Source: Anaerolineae bacterium (GTDB lineage Bacteria; Chloroflexota; Anaerolineae; JBHIDP01). Taken from it: a stretch of 40,171 nt of DNA. Below are positions 23,321-31,650 of this stretch, piece after piece (within the stretch, counting starts at the first letter, position 1; each line of letters starts with the position of its first letter). The DNA is taken from the NCBI GenBank assembly GCA_046760185.1, contig JBHIDP010000001.1:1-40171 (forward strand), in the 5' to 3' direction. A program made the position numbers and the translations under genes. The notes below the pieces were generated by a model. That model was not told the DNA's origin. It worked only from the letters and a program-made list of their open reading frames with translations, and did no database searches.

Positions 23321-23725
23321 ATGTCAGGTACAAGAAGTGCCCCTCAACAGCTACTGCCATATGAACTGTACGTTAGCAGGAGGCCAGAGAGTATCGCTAT
23401 GAAAAAGAGGTACAAGCAGCTTAAGAGCAAGCTCGAACGGGAACTCGAAGGAGTGCGGGCCGAATTAGAGCGGCTGGGACAGATAGAGCCCGACAGTGAA
23501 TATGGGCCCGGAGAAGGTGACCCAACTATCTACGAGTGGGAGATGAGCCTGGCTATGCGTAAGAGGCTGGAGGCCAAAGCTCAATCTCTGGAGAGTGCTC
23601 TTGAGAAGATGAAAGAGGGGACCTACGGCATCTGCGAGAGATGTGGTGAGACGATTGACCCTGAGCGCCTGGAGGTTCTACCCGAGACAACTCTTTGCAT
23701 CACTTGTGCCCAGGGGGGAGGATAA
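23321..23725 (+). CDS. DksA/TraR-family C4 zinc-finger protein
   Basis: 134 aa. Coiled-coil region followed by CERCGETIDPERLEVLPETTLCITC. An alternative start is ATG 23399 (MKKRYKQL). Confidence 0.8.
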   Translation: MSGTRSAPQQLLPYELYVSRRPESIAMKKRYKQLKSKLERELEGVRAELERLGQIEPDSEYGPGEGDPTIYEWEMSLAMRKRLEAKAQSLESALEKMKEGTYGICERCGETIDPERLEVLPETTLCITCAQGGG

Positions 23726-23765
23726 GGTACCTGATTCGCACTCCGTTTTCACCAAGCGGACATCA

Positions 23766-23803
23766 AGGGCAGAAGCCTCTGCGGAGTTTCTGCCCTTTTT
23801 CGT
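23766..23803 (+). terminator. Rho-independent terminator
   Basis: 9-bp stem agggcagaa/ttctgccct followed by ttttcgttt. Confidence 0.8.
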
Positions 23804-23832
23804 TTGGAAGCCTGATGGAAAGGGGCTATAAT
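23804..23832 (+). promoter_or_regulatory. Promoter giving a leaderless lipoprotein transcript
   Basis: TTGGAA (23804-23809), 17-bp spacer, TATAAT (23827-23832). ATG 23840 begins 7 nt after the -10. Confidence 0.5.
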
Positions 23833-23839
23833 TTCATCT

Positions 23840-25831
23840 ATGCCGAAGTCAATCATCTCTACCCTCCTACTGATAGTCACTGCCACGCTGTTCTTGCCCG
23901 GTTGCCGATTACCTTCTTCGACTACCCCCTCTATCTACTCTGACCTCGAACAAAGTCAACTCCTGGTGGACGTTCAACCTCGGGGAGCCCGCGTGTTTGT
24001 GGATGGTACGGTCCAGGGAGAAGCGCCCCTTACCCTTCTCTTGCCTCCTGGCCAACATCGAGTGGCGGTCGAGAAGGAGGGGTACGACACCTTTCAAGAG
24101 GTGATTGAGCTAGATCGGGGACAGCGCTTGACCCTGTCGGTGCACCTGGTGGACATCGCTCCCCCGGTGGTGAGCATCATCGAGCCCGGGATAGGGACTG
24201 AACCACCAGGACAAATCCAGATCAAAGCCACGGCCACAGACAATAAAGCGGTGACGGCACTGGCCCTTGCCATTGACGGAACTCTGGTCTACGATGTGGC
24301 CGCCGATTCCCTTACCTACCACTGGGAGACAGGTCCGGGTGCTTATCTCCTGCAGATTGAAGCCCGTGACGCCGCAGGCAACGTCGGTCAGGCTGAGCTG
24401 ATCGTAAATGTGGTTGAGGCCAGCGGGCAGGCTTCACCACAGCCATCACCGCCCGCGATCAGCACTCCATCTCCAGCACCGACATCTGTCCCTGAGGCAC
24501 CGTCTGCTCTCACCACCGTTGAGGTGCGCCAGGAAACGATCACCCTCTCGGTCTACCCTTATCAGGCGTACCTCGATGAGGCGCACGACGCTCGCTACGG
24601 CATGACCTATCCGCGCCTGGACCGCCAAGCCTATGATGCCTCCCATCCCACTCCAGGCCCCAAGGCTTTCAAAGCTGTCATCCTGGAGAACAGATACCTG
24701 GAGTTGACCGTCCTGCCTGAGTTAGGAGGACGTCTCTATCAGGCCCTCTTCAAACCTACCGGCCAGTCCGTTTTCTACAACAACGTTGTTGTCAAGCCTT
24801 CCCGCTGGGGGCCAGCAGGGGATAACTGGTGGCTTGCCGCAGGAGGGATGGAGTGGGCCTTCCCCGTCCGGGAGCATGGCTATCAGTGGGGTGTACCCTG
24901 GCAGTACTCGATAGAGGGAACGTCTGAGGGGGCAACGGTGACCCTGTGGGATAGTCAGGCCGACCATCGGCTTCAGGCTGGCATAGCTATAACCCTGGAG
25001 CGTGACAAGGGGTACTTCACCGTTGAACCTCGCCTGGAGAATCCGACAGATCAGCCACTCTCCTTTCAGTTCTGGCTCAACGCCATGCTGACTTTGGGTT
25101 CCAGAACCATCTCCCCGCATACGGAGTTTATCCTGCCTGCCGACCGGGTGGTGGTCCACAGCAGCGGGGACCCTGAATTGCCCGCAGGTGGGGAATCCAT
25201 CCCCTGGCCTCTCTACAAAGGGCGTGACCTGTCCCGCTACTCCAATTGGCGCAACTGGATAGGGCTCTTCGTCCAACAGCCGACCGCAAACTTCGCCGCG
25301 GCCTACAACCACGACACGGGCCTGGGCATTGCACGCATCTTCCCTGTGGAGCGTGTGCCGGGAGTAAAGCTCTTTGCCTTCGGGCCGGAGTTTGGCGATC
25401 GCGCTCACTACACCGACGACGGCTCCCAGTACTTCGAGCTGTGGGGCGGTCTGCCACGGACCTTCTGGCCTGAGGACGACTTTACTTTGGCGGCCAACAG
25501 CTCAGTGGAGTGGCAGGAGCGCTGGTATCCGTTCTGGGGCATCGAGGGGCTGGACTTTGCCAGCCAGGTGGCAGCTCTGAACCTCTCTGTCGAAAAGGGA
25601 ACCGTCTTCGTGGGGGTGGCCGCCCCGCTGTCCCACAGGGGCACCGTAGTGCTTCTCTGGGAGGGACAGGAGCTGTGGCGCACGAAGGCTGTCCTCGGTC
25701 CGGAGTCTCCTTTTCGGGAAAGCATCTCCCTGCCCGGTGGCGGATCAAAAACAGGTGAGCTTTCCATACTGGTCCTGGGCGAGGATGGCACCACGCTGGC
25801 TGAATACCGTGAGGAAGTAACCCTGCCTTAG
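23840..25831 (+). CDS. Lipoprotein with a PEGA domain, an Ig-like domain, a Pro-rich linker and a large C-terminal domain (DUF5107-like by recollection)
   Basis: Lipobox LFLPGC. PEGA-like VDVQPRGARVFVDGTVQGEAPLTLLLPPGQHRVAVEKEGYDTFQEVIEL. Ig-like region IQIKATATDNKAVTAL...IEARDAAGNVG. The C-terminal ~400 aa contain LENRYLELTVLPELGGRLYQ. Confidence 0.7.
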   Translation: MPKSIISTLLLIVTATLFLPGCRLPSSTTPSIYSDLEQSQLLVDVQPRGARVFVDGTVQGEAPLTLLLPPGQHRVAVEKEGYDTFQEVIELDRGQRLTLSVHLVDIAPPVVSIIEPGIGTEPPGQIQIKATATDNKAVTALALAIDGTLVYDVAADSLTYHWETGPGAYLLQIEARDAAGNVGQAELIVNVVEASGQASPQPSPPAISTPSPAPTSVPEAPSALTTVEVRQETITLSVYPYQAYLDEAHDARYGMTYPRLDRQAYDASHPTPGPKAFKAVILENRYLELTVLPELGGRLYQALFKPTGQSVFYNNVVVKPSRWGPAGDNWWLAAGGMEWAFPVREHGYQWGVPWQYSIEGTSEGATVTLWDSQADHRLQAGIAITLERDKGYFTVEPRLENPTDQPLSFQFWLNAMLTLGSRTISPHTEFILPADRVVVHSSGDPELPAGGESIPWPLYKGRDLSRYSNWRNWIGLFVQQPTANFAAAYNHDTGLGIARIFPVERVPGVKLFAFGPEFGDRAHYTDDGSQYFELWGGLPRTFWPEDDFTLAANSSVEWQERWYPFWGIEGLDFASQVAALNLSVEKGTVFVGVAAPLSHRGTVVLLWEGQELWRTKAVLGPESPFRESISLPGGGSKTGELSILVLGEDGTTLAEYREEVTLP

Positions 25832-25843
25832 AAAGGCACTACT

Positions 25844-27541
25844 ATGCCCTTTCGCTTTCCTTTCCAACAACAATACCAGGAGATCGCCCGGGCACGCCAG
25901 ATAGCCGAGGTGTTGATCAAGAACGGGCTGGGTTTCCTGGTGGAGCAGTTTGAGCTGACTCGCTTCCTGCCCACCTGGCGAGGAAGGGTGGTCGGAGTCG
26001 GGCGGCTGGTGGACAGACTGTCCGTGCCCCAGCGCATCCGTCACACCATTGAGGAGCTGGGACCGACCTTCATCAAGCTAGGGCAACTGGTCAGCACCAG
26101 ACCCGACCTCCTCCCCATGGAGTACATTGATGAACTGAGCAAACTGCTGGATGCTGCTCCACCGATTCCTTTGACCGAGGTCAAGACCCTGATAGGGCAG
26201 GAATTGGGAGCCCCGGTTGAGGAACTGTTCGCCACTTTCCAGCCTGAGCCCATGGCCGCTGCCTCCATCGGTCAGGCCCATCGGGCCACGCTCCTTGATG
26301 GCCAGGAGGTAATCGTGAAAGTGCAACGTCCAGGGATCGAGGCGGTTGTGGAGGCGGACCTGGACATCATTATGCGGCAGGCGCGCTTCCTGGAGGGTCG
26401 CTCGGAACTGCTTCGGGACTACAACCTGGTTGAGATCGTGGAGGAGTTCAGCTACGCTCTGCGGAACGAGCTGGACTATGTCATTGAAGGGCGTAACGCC
26501 GATCGTTTCCGACGCAATTTTGCCGATGATCGGCGAGTGGTCATTCCCAAGGTCTACTGGTCTTTGAGCACTCATCGCGTCCTGACTCTTGAGGAGCTGT
26601 CCGGCATCAAGCTCAACAACTTGGCCCGCCTGAAGGAGGAGGGGTACGATTTCTCGACCCTGGCCGAGATCGGGACGACCATCTACCTCAAGCAAATCTT
26701 CGTTGATGGTTTCTTCCACGCCGACCCCCATCCAGCCAATATCTTCGTCCTGGACGGCGAGAGGATAGGGTTGGTTGATTTTGGCATGGTAGGATATCTG
26801 ACCAGTGGCATGAAGGGAGCTCTGGTTGATCTCTTCCTGGGCCTGATCAACGAGGATGTCGAGGGTACCACTCAAAGCCTGTTGCGCATGGGTAGGCCCG
26901 GCCGGGGGGTAGATGAGGAAGCTCTGAGAAGGGATGTCCACCGCTTTCTCGTTAGCTACTACGGTCTGGCCCTGGAACAGATAAAGGTCGGGGAAATCCT
27001 GGAGGAGGTCTTCAGACTGGCCTTTCGCCATCGCCTGCACATGCCTTCGGACCTTGCCCTGTTGGGTCGGAGCCTGATAGTCTTGGAGGGGGTGGCCCGT
27101 CGCCTGGACCCTGATTTCATGCTGGTGGAGGCAGCCAGGCCTTTCGCTGAACAGTTGATGTTAGAAAGGTTGTCTCCGCTCCGCGTTGGCCGCGACCTAT
27201 TGCGGTCAATATGGGAGTTCAATCAGTTGGCTCAGCGGCTGCCAACCCGCCTGGATTCCCTCTTCGATCAGATTCAGCAGGGGGAGGCCGGGGTTAACGT
27301 GGAGCTCACCCAGCTTGAGCAGTTTATGGCCAGGTTGGACGTGGTGGCCAACCGCCTGGCTTTCAGCCTGATTGTAGCGGCGGCCATCATCGGCTCTGCT
27401 CTGATCATTCAGGGAGGGACCAGCATCTGGTACCTCCCCTTCCTGGGGTGGAGCCTGCCTATAGCTCACATCAGTTTCTTCCTAGCCGGCCTACTTGGAG
27501 CCTGGCTCCTCTTCTCCATCCTGCGCTCGCGAGGGTTGTGA
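25844..27541 (+). CDS. ABC1/UbiB-family atypical kinase with C-terminal TM helices
   Basis: 565 aa. AAASIGQAHRATLLDGQEVIVKVQRPGI, HADPHPANIFV and DFGMVG motifs. Confidence 0.88.
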   Translation: MPFRFPFQQQYQEIARARQIAEVLIKNGLGFLVEQFELTRFLPTWRGRVVGVGRLVDRLSVPQRIRHTIEELGPTFIKLGQLVSTRPDLLPMEYIDELSKLLDAAPPIPLTEVKTLIGQELGAPVEELFATFQPEPMAAASIGQAHRATLLDGQEVIVKVQRPGIEAVVEADLDIIMRQARFLEGRSELLRDYNLVEIVEEFSYALRNELDYVIEGRNADRFRRNFADDRRVVIPKVYWSLSTHRVLTLEELSGIKLNNLARLKEEGYDFSTLAEIGTTIYLKQIFVDGFFHADPHPANIFVLDGERIGLVDFGMVGYLTSGMKGALVDLFLGLINEDVEGTTQSLLRMGRPGRGVDEEALRRDVHRFLVSYYGLALEQIKVGEILEEVFRLAFRHRLHMPSDLALLGRSLIVLEGVARRLDPDFMLVEAARPFAEQLMLERLSPLRVGRDLLRSIWEFNQLAQRLPTRLDSLFDQIQQGEAGVNVELTQLEQFMARLDVVANRLAFSLIVAAAIIGSALIIQGGTSIWYLPFLGWSLPIAHISFFLAGLLGAWLLFSILRSRGL

Positions 27542-29092
27542 AGGTTCTCTTATGGTCTGCTCAGCCGCCTGCACGAGATCACCTTGCACCACCAACCTCC
27601 GCACCGCCCCGATATAGGGATACATGAGGATGTCCCGTTCCAGGAAGGGGACCTTTTGGCGGATGAGGTCGTAGACCGGGCCGGTGCCTCTGCCCAAGGC
27701 TAGTGGTTGCCCGGCCTGCTCGCGGCGGAAGTCAATGGCCTGGGCGGCGGCCAACAGTTCGATGGCCAGGATGCACTCCACATTGTCCAGGATGTGACGG
27801 GCCTGACGGGCGGCGATAGGGCCCATGCTGACATGATCCTCCTGGTTACCGGAGGTAGGGATGGTGTCGGCACTGGCCGGGTGAACCAACACCTTGTTTT
27901 CGCTGGCCAGGGCGGCGGCTGTGTATTGAGCTAACATGAAGCCGGAATTGAGACCGCCCTGTTTGGTCAGGAAGGGGGGCAGGAGACCGTTGTTAAGGTC
28001 CTGGTCAATGAGACGGGCCAGCCGACGCTCTGAGATGTTACCCAGTTCTGTCAGGGCCAGGGCCAGGTAGTCCATGCTCAAAGCTATCGGTTCACCGTGA
28101 AAGTTGCCGCCGGAAAGGACAAGCGGCTGCCCATCTTCCCAGAAGATCAAGGGGTTGTCACTGGCCGAGTTCAGCTCGATCTCGATGACCGATCGGGCGT
28201 GGGTGATGGCACTGCGGACCGCGCCGTGAACCTGGGGGATGCAGCGTAAGGTGTAGGCATCATGGACCCGCTGAGGATCACGTCTCCGGGTGAACTGGCT
28301 CCCTTCAAGCAGACGGCGGAGGTAGGCGGCACACTCCACTTGATGGGGGTATGGGCGTAGAGCATGTAGGCGGGGATCGAAGGCTTCGGTCGTCCCTTGC
28401 AGGGCCTCAAGGCTCAAGCAGCCAGCGATATCGGCCACCCGGCTGGCGTTCTCGGCTGCCAGCAGGGTCAGAGTTCCGATGGCGGTCATGAAGGCCGTAC
28501 CGTTGGTCAACGCCACCCCCTCCTTGGCCTCTAAGACCAGGGATTTTAACCCCGCTCGGGCCATGGCCTCCCCCCCGGCCAGACGTTCCCCTCGGTAGAT
28601 AGCTTCCCCCTGGCCGGTAAGAACCAGGGACATGTGGGCCAGAGGGGCCAGGTCACCACTGGCCCCCACGGAGCCTTGAACCGGGATGACAGGATGCACC
28701 CTCTGGTTGATCATTCCTAACAGGGTCTCTATTGTTTCCATGCGCACGCCTGAGTACCCCTTGGCTAGGGTGTTGGCCCGGATAAGCATGGTCGCTCGCA
28801 CAGTGGCTTCGTCTGCGGGACGACCCACCCCTACGGCATGGCTCATGAGGATGTTACGTTGCAACTGGCGCACCTGGTCCAGGGGAATGGTGACATCCAT
28901 GAAACGGCCAAAGCCGGTGGTTATCCCATAAGCGATCTCCCCTCGGCTTACTAGATTCTCCACAGCCTGACGAGCCCTCTCAATCTTCTCTCTTGCTTCG
29001 GGGCTGATCTCAACTCTGGCCTCGCTGCCGGCTGCCACAGTTATCACATCCTCGACAGTCAAACTATTTCCATCTATGACTACCGTCTTCAT
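27491..29092 (-). CDS. hutH: Histidine ammonia-lyase (MIO enzyme)
   Basis: MIO-forming GSVGASGDLAPLAH. The selectivity position reads MSHAVGVG (Ser-His, as in HAL, rather than His-Leu or Phe-Leu). ATG 29092 has an AGGAGG Shine-Dalgarno. The 3' end overlaps the convergent ABC1 gene by 51 bp. Confidence 0.88.
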   Translation of the reverse strand: MKTVVIDGNSLTVEDVITVAAGSEARVEISPEAREKIERARQAVENLVSRGEIAYGITTGFGRFMDVTIPLDQVRQLQRNILMSHAVGVGRPADEATVRATMLIRANTLAKGYSGVRMETIETLLGMINQRVHPVIPVQGSVGASGDLAPLAHMSLVLTGQGEAIYRGERLAGGEAMARAGLKSLVLEAKEGVALTNGTAFMTAIGTLTLLAAENASRVADIAGCLSLEALQGTTEAFDPRLHALRPYPHQVECAAYLRRLLEGSQFTRRRDPQRVHDAYTLRCIPQVHGAVRSAITHARSVIEIELNSASDNPLIFWEDGQPLVLSGGNFHGEPIALSMDYLALALTELGNISERRLARLIDQDLNNGLLPPFLTKQGGLNSGFMLAQYTAAALASENKVLVHPASADTIPTSGNQEDHVSMGPIAARQARHILDNVECILAIELLAAAQAIDFRREQAGQPLALGRGTGPVYDLIRQKVPFLERDILMYPYIGAVRRLVVQGDLVQAAEQTIREPSQPSRAQDGEEEPGSK

Positions 29093-29109
29093 GTCACACC
29101 TCCTGGCCT

Positions 29110-29138
29110 CATTATACCATGTGCCCTCTGGCCTGAAA
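29110..29138 (-). promoter_or_regulatory. Candidate promoter for hutH
   Basis: On the minus strand: TTTTCA (29138-29133), 17-bp spacer, extended -10 TGgTATAAT. The 15-mer TGGTATAATGAGGCC is identical to the lpdA promoter. Confidence 0.45.
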
Positions 29139-29157
29139 AGGGGGAAGGGCACCATTT

Positions 29158-29186
29158 TTGACAGCCCGATGGGGGACAGCTATAAT
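29158..29186 (+). promoter_or_regulatory. Consensus sigma-70 promoter for the glycosyltransferase operon
   Basis: TTGACA (29158-29163), 17-bp spacer, TATAAT (29181-29186). Confidence 0.65.
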
Positions 29187-29224
29187 GACCATGGGTTGGT
29201 TGATGTTCACCAGGATGGAGATGG

Positions 29225-30337
29225 ATGCGAATCGGTATTGATGCCCGCTTGGTATACTATAGTCAGGCAGGGATCGGCCAGTATATCCTGCGCCTGACCG
29301 AAGGGTTGGCCCAGTTGGAACAGGAAGATGAGTTCATCCTCTTGCAAAGCCGCAAGGACAGGACGGTCATCGTTGACCAGCCCAACTTCAAGGTGAAATC
29401 CCTTTGGACTCCGAGCCATCACCGCCTGGAGCAATTGGCCCTCCCGGTGGAGATAGTGCCCTTGGGGCTGGATGTCCTGCACAGTCCCGACTTCATCCCT
29501 CCTTTCAGACGCAACTGTAAGTCGGTGATCACCATCCATGATCTGGCTTTCCTCCTCTACCCCCATTTCCTCACCAAAGAGAGCGCACGCTACTACAGCC
29601 AGATTGATAAGGCTGTCCGTCACACCGATCACATCATTGCCGTCTCTGAGAGTACCAAACAGGATACCATCCACCTCCTGGGGGTTTCGGAGAAGAAGAT
29701 CACGGTCATTCATGAGGCTGCCAATCCTATCTACCATTCTATTGACAACCCAAAGGCCCTGGAGAGGGTAAGAACCAAATATCAGATCAATCGGGATTTT
29801 ATCCTCTTCGTCAGCACCATCGAACCCCGCAAGAATCTGCCCACCCTGTTGCGTGCTTACCGTAAGCTTCTTGACGAGTACAAGATGGAGGTGCAACTGG
29901 TGGTTGCCGGCCGCAAGGGTTGGCTCTTCAGCGAGGTTTTCAAGCTGGTCAAAGAGCTGAGGTTGACGGATGGCGTGCTGTTCCTGGACCGGGTGCCGGT
30001 GGAGGATCTGCCCCTCCTCTACAACGCAGCCCAGGTTCTGGTTCATCCCTCCCGCTACGAAGGGTTTGGACTCCCTCCCCTGGAAGCCATGGCCTGTGGC
30101 ACCCCCACGGTTGTCTCCAACGTCTCGGCCCTGCCGGAGGTGGTGGGTGATGCCAGCCTTCTGGTGGAGTCGGAGGATGTGGAAGGGTTCACGGTGGCTA
30201 TCTGGCGGGTCCTGACCGACCAGGACCTGAGGGCCGAGCTGAGGGAAAAGGGTCTCAAGCGAGCCAAACTCTTCTCGTGGACCAAAGCGGCGCGCCAGAC
30301 TATGACCATCTACCACCGCCTGGGAAGCGAGTCATGA
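29225..30337 (+). CDS. Glycosyltransferase family 4 (GT-B, retaining)
   Basis: 370 aa. MRIGIDAR N-terminus and EX7E region PSRYEGFGLPPLEAMACGTPTVVS. Confidence 0.88.
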   Translation: MRIGIDARLVYYSQAGIGQYILRLTEGLAQLEQEDEFILLQSRKDRTVIVDQPNFKVKSLWTPSHHRLEQLALPVEIVPLGLDVLHSPDFIPPFRRNCKSVITIHDLAFLLYPHFLTKESARYYSQIDKAVRHTDHIIAVSESTKQDTIHLLGVSEKKITVIHEAANPIYHSIDNPKALERVRTKYQINRDFILFVSTIEPRKNLPTLLRAYRKLLDEYKMEVQLVVAGRKGWLFSEVFKLVKELRLTDGVLFLDRVPVEDLPLLYNAAQVLVHPSRYEGFGLPPLEAMACGTPTVVSNVSALPEVVGDASLLVESEDVEGFTVAIWRVLTDQDLRAELREKGLKRAKLFSWTKAARQTMTIYHRLGSES

Positions 30338-31590
30338 GAATCCTCTTTCTCACCCCCCAACTGCCCTATCCTCCCTATCAGGGGACCAGCCTCAGAAACT
30401 ATAACCTGATCAGGAGCCTGGCTGAACGGCATGAGGTGCACCTTCTCTCCTTCATCCAACCAGGGGACGATCTGGCCCGGGCCTCGCCTCTGAAGCAACT
30501 GTGTCGAACCTTCACCGCCGTACCAGCTCCCAGACGATCGCCTCTCCATCGTTTCCTATCCCTTTTGTTCTCCCCCCAACCAGACATGGCCCTGCGCCTT
30601 CCCTCCCAGGAATTTCACACCCGTTTAGGCCATACTCTTAGAGAACAGGCCTTGGACGTGGTCCAGGTGGAGGGGATCGAGATGGCTCAGTATGGCTTGT
30701 GGCTGATGGTAAATAGCCATAAGCCATCGGCTATAGGCCATCAGCCATCAGCTATCAGCCATCGGCCATTAGCTGTCTTTGATGACCACAATGCCGAGTA
30801 TGTCCTGCAACGGACAGCCTTTCAAAGCGATGTCCGCCAGCCCACCCGTTGGATGGCGGCCTTCTACTCCTTTGTCCAGTGGCACAAGTTGGCACGCTAC
30901 GAGCGGTGGGTCTGTCGGCACGCTGATCGGGTGGTGGCCGTCTCGGAAGCCGATGCCCGAGCTATTGAGCAGTTGGTGCCGGACCTGGAAGTAGCCGTTG
31001 TGCCGAACGGTGTAGACACGGAGCACTACCGGCCCCGATCCCAGTTGCCGACTTCCAAGTCCCTGGTCTTTACCGGGAAGATGGACTTTCGCCCCAACGT
31101 GGACGCTGTGCTGTGGTTCTGCCAGGAGATATTGCCCTTTATCATCGAGCAGATACCCGAGGTGCACTTCTACGTTGTGGGACAACAGCCTCACAGCCGT
31201 TTGAGCCATCTGGCCGATCAGCCGCATGTCACCCTCACCGGCCGTGTGGATGACGTTCGCCCCTATATTGCCGGGGCGGGGGTCTATGTGGTGCCGCTGC
31301 GTATGGGGAGTGGCACCCGTCTCAAGGTCCTGCAAGCTATGGCCATGGGCCAGGCTATCGTCTCCACCTCCCTGGGGTGTGAGGGGATCAGCCTGTGCCC
31401 CGGCCGGGAGGCTGTTCTGGCCGACACCCCTCCAGACTTTGCCCGTCAGGTGGTGGCCCTTTTGAGCGATGTCGGTCGCCGAAAGGAGTTGGGCCGGAAT
31501 GCACGTTTGCTGGCCGAGACCCACTATGACTGGCGGGTGATCGTGCCTGGGCTGGAGAAGGTCTATGAGGAAGCCAGGGCTGGAAGGTAA
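30334..31590 (+). CDS. Glycosyltransferase (GT4/GT1-like GT-B fold)
   Basis: ATG 30334 overlaps the upstream stop as ATGA. MRILFLTPQLPYPPYQGTSLRN N-terminus and a C-terminal VVPLRMGSGTRLKVLQAMAMGQAIVST motif. Confidence 0.85.
   Translation: MRILFLTPQLPYPPYQGTSLRNYNLIRSLAERHEVHLLSFIQPGDDLARASPLKQLCRTFTAVPAPRRSPLHRFLSLLFSPQPDMALRLPSQEFHTRLGHTLREQALDVVQVEGIEMAQYGLWLMVNSHKPSAIGHQPSAISHRPLAVFDDHNAEYVLQRTAFQSDVRQPTRWMAAFYSFVQWHKLARYERWVCRHADRVVAVSEADARAIEQLVPDLEVAVVPNGVDTEHYRPRSQLPTSKSLVFTGKMDFRPNVDAVLWFCQEILPFIIEQIPEVHFYVVGQQPHSRLSHLADQPHVTLTGRVDDVRPYIAGAGVYVVPLRMGSGTRLKVLQAMAMGQAIVSTSLGCEGISLCPGREAVLADTPPDFARQVVALLSDVGRRKELGRNARLLAETHYDWRVIVPGLEKVYEEARAGR
30714..30776 (+). repeat. Nine tandem imperfect heptanucleotide repeats (consensus CAGCCAT) inside the GT coding sequence
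   Basis: tagccat aagccat cggctat aggccat cagccat cagctat cagccat cggccat tagctgt. Translated, this is a 7-aa periodicity: SHKPSAI GHQPSAI SHRPLAV. Confidence 0.85.
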
Positions 31591-31650
31591 CCTGAATGTA
31601 AGCGTTCAGACCTGCCCATTTCACCAGACTACCTGAACGCCTAAGCCTGA

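Noticed and set aside
29207-30316. 369-aa ORF antisense to the first glycosyltransferase
   Set aside because: It is a shadow ORF in GC-rich coding DNA. The plus-strand product has unmistakable GT4 motifs, while the antisense translation is low-complexity with no motifs. The same reasoning rejects the antisense ORFs at 20-739, 6085-6834, 10046-10717, 24722-25408, 26078-27040, 30769-31524 and 36205-36921.
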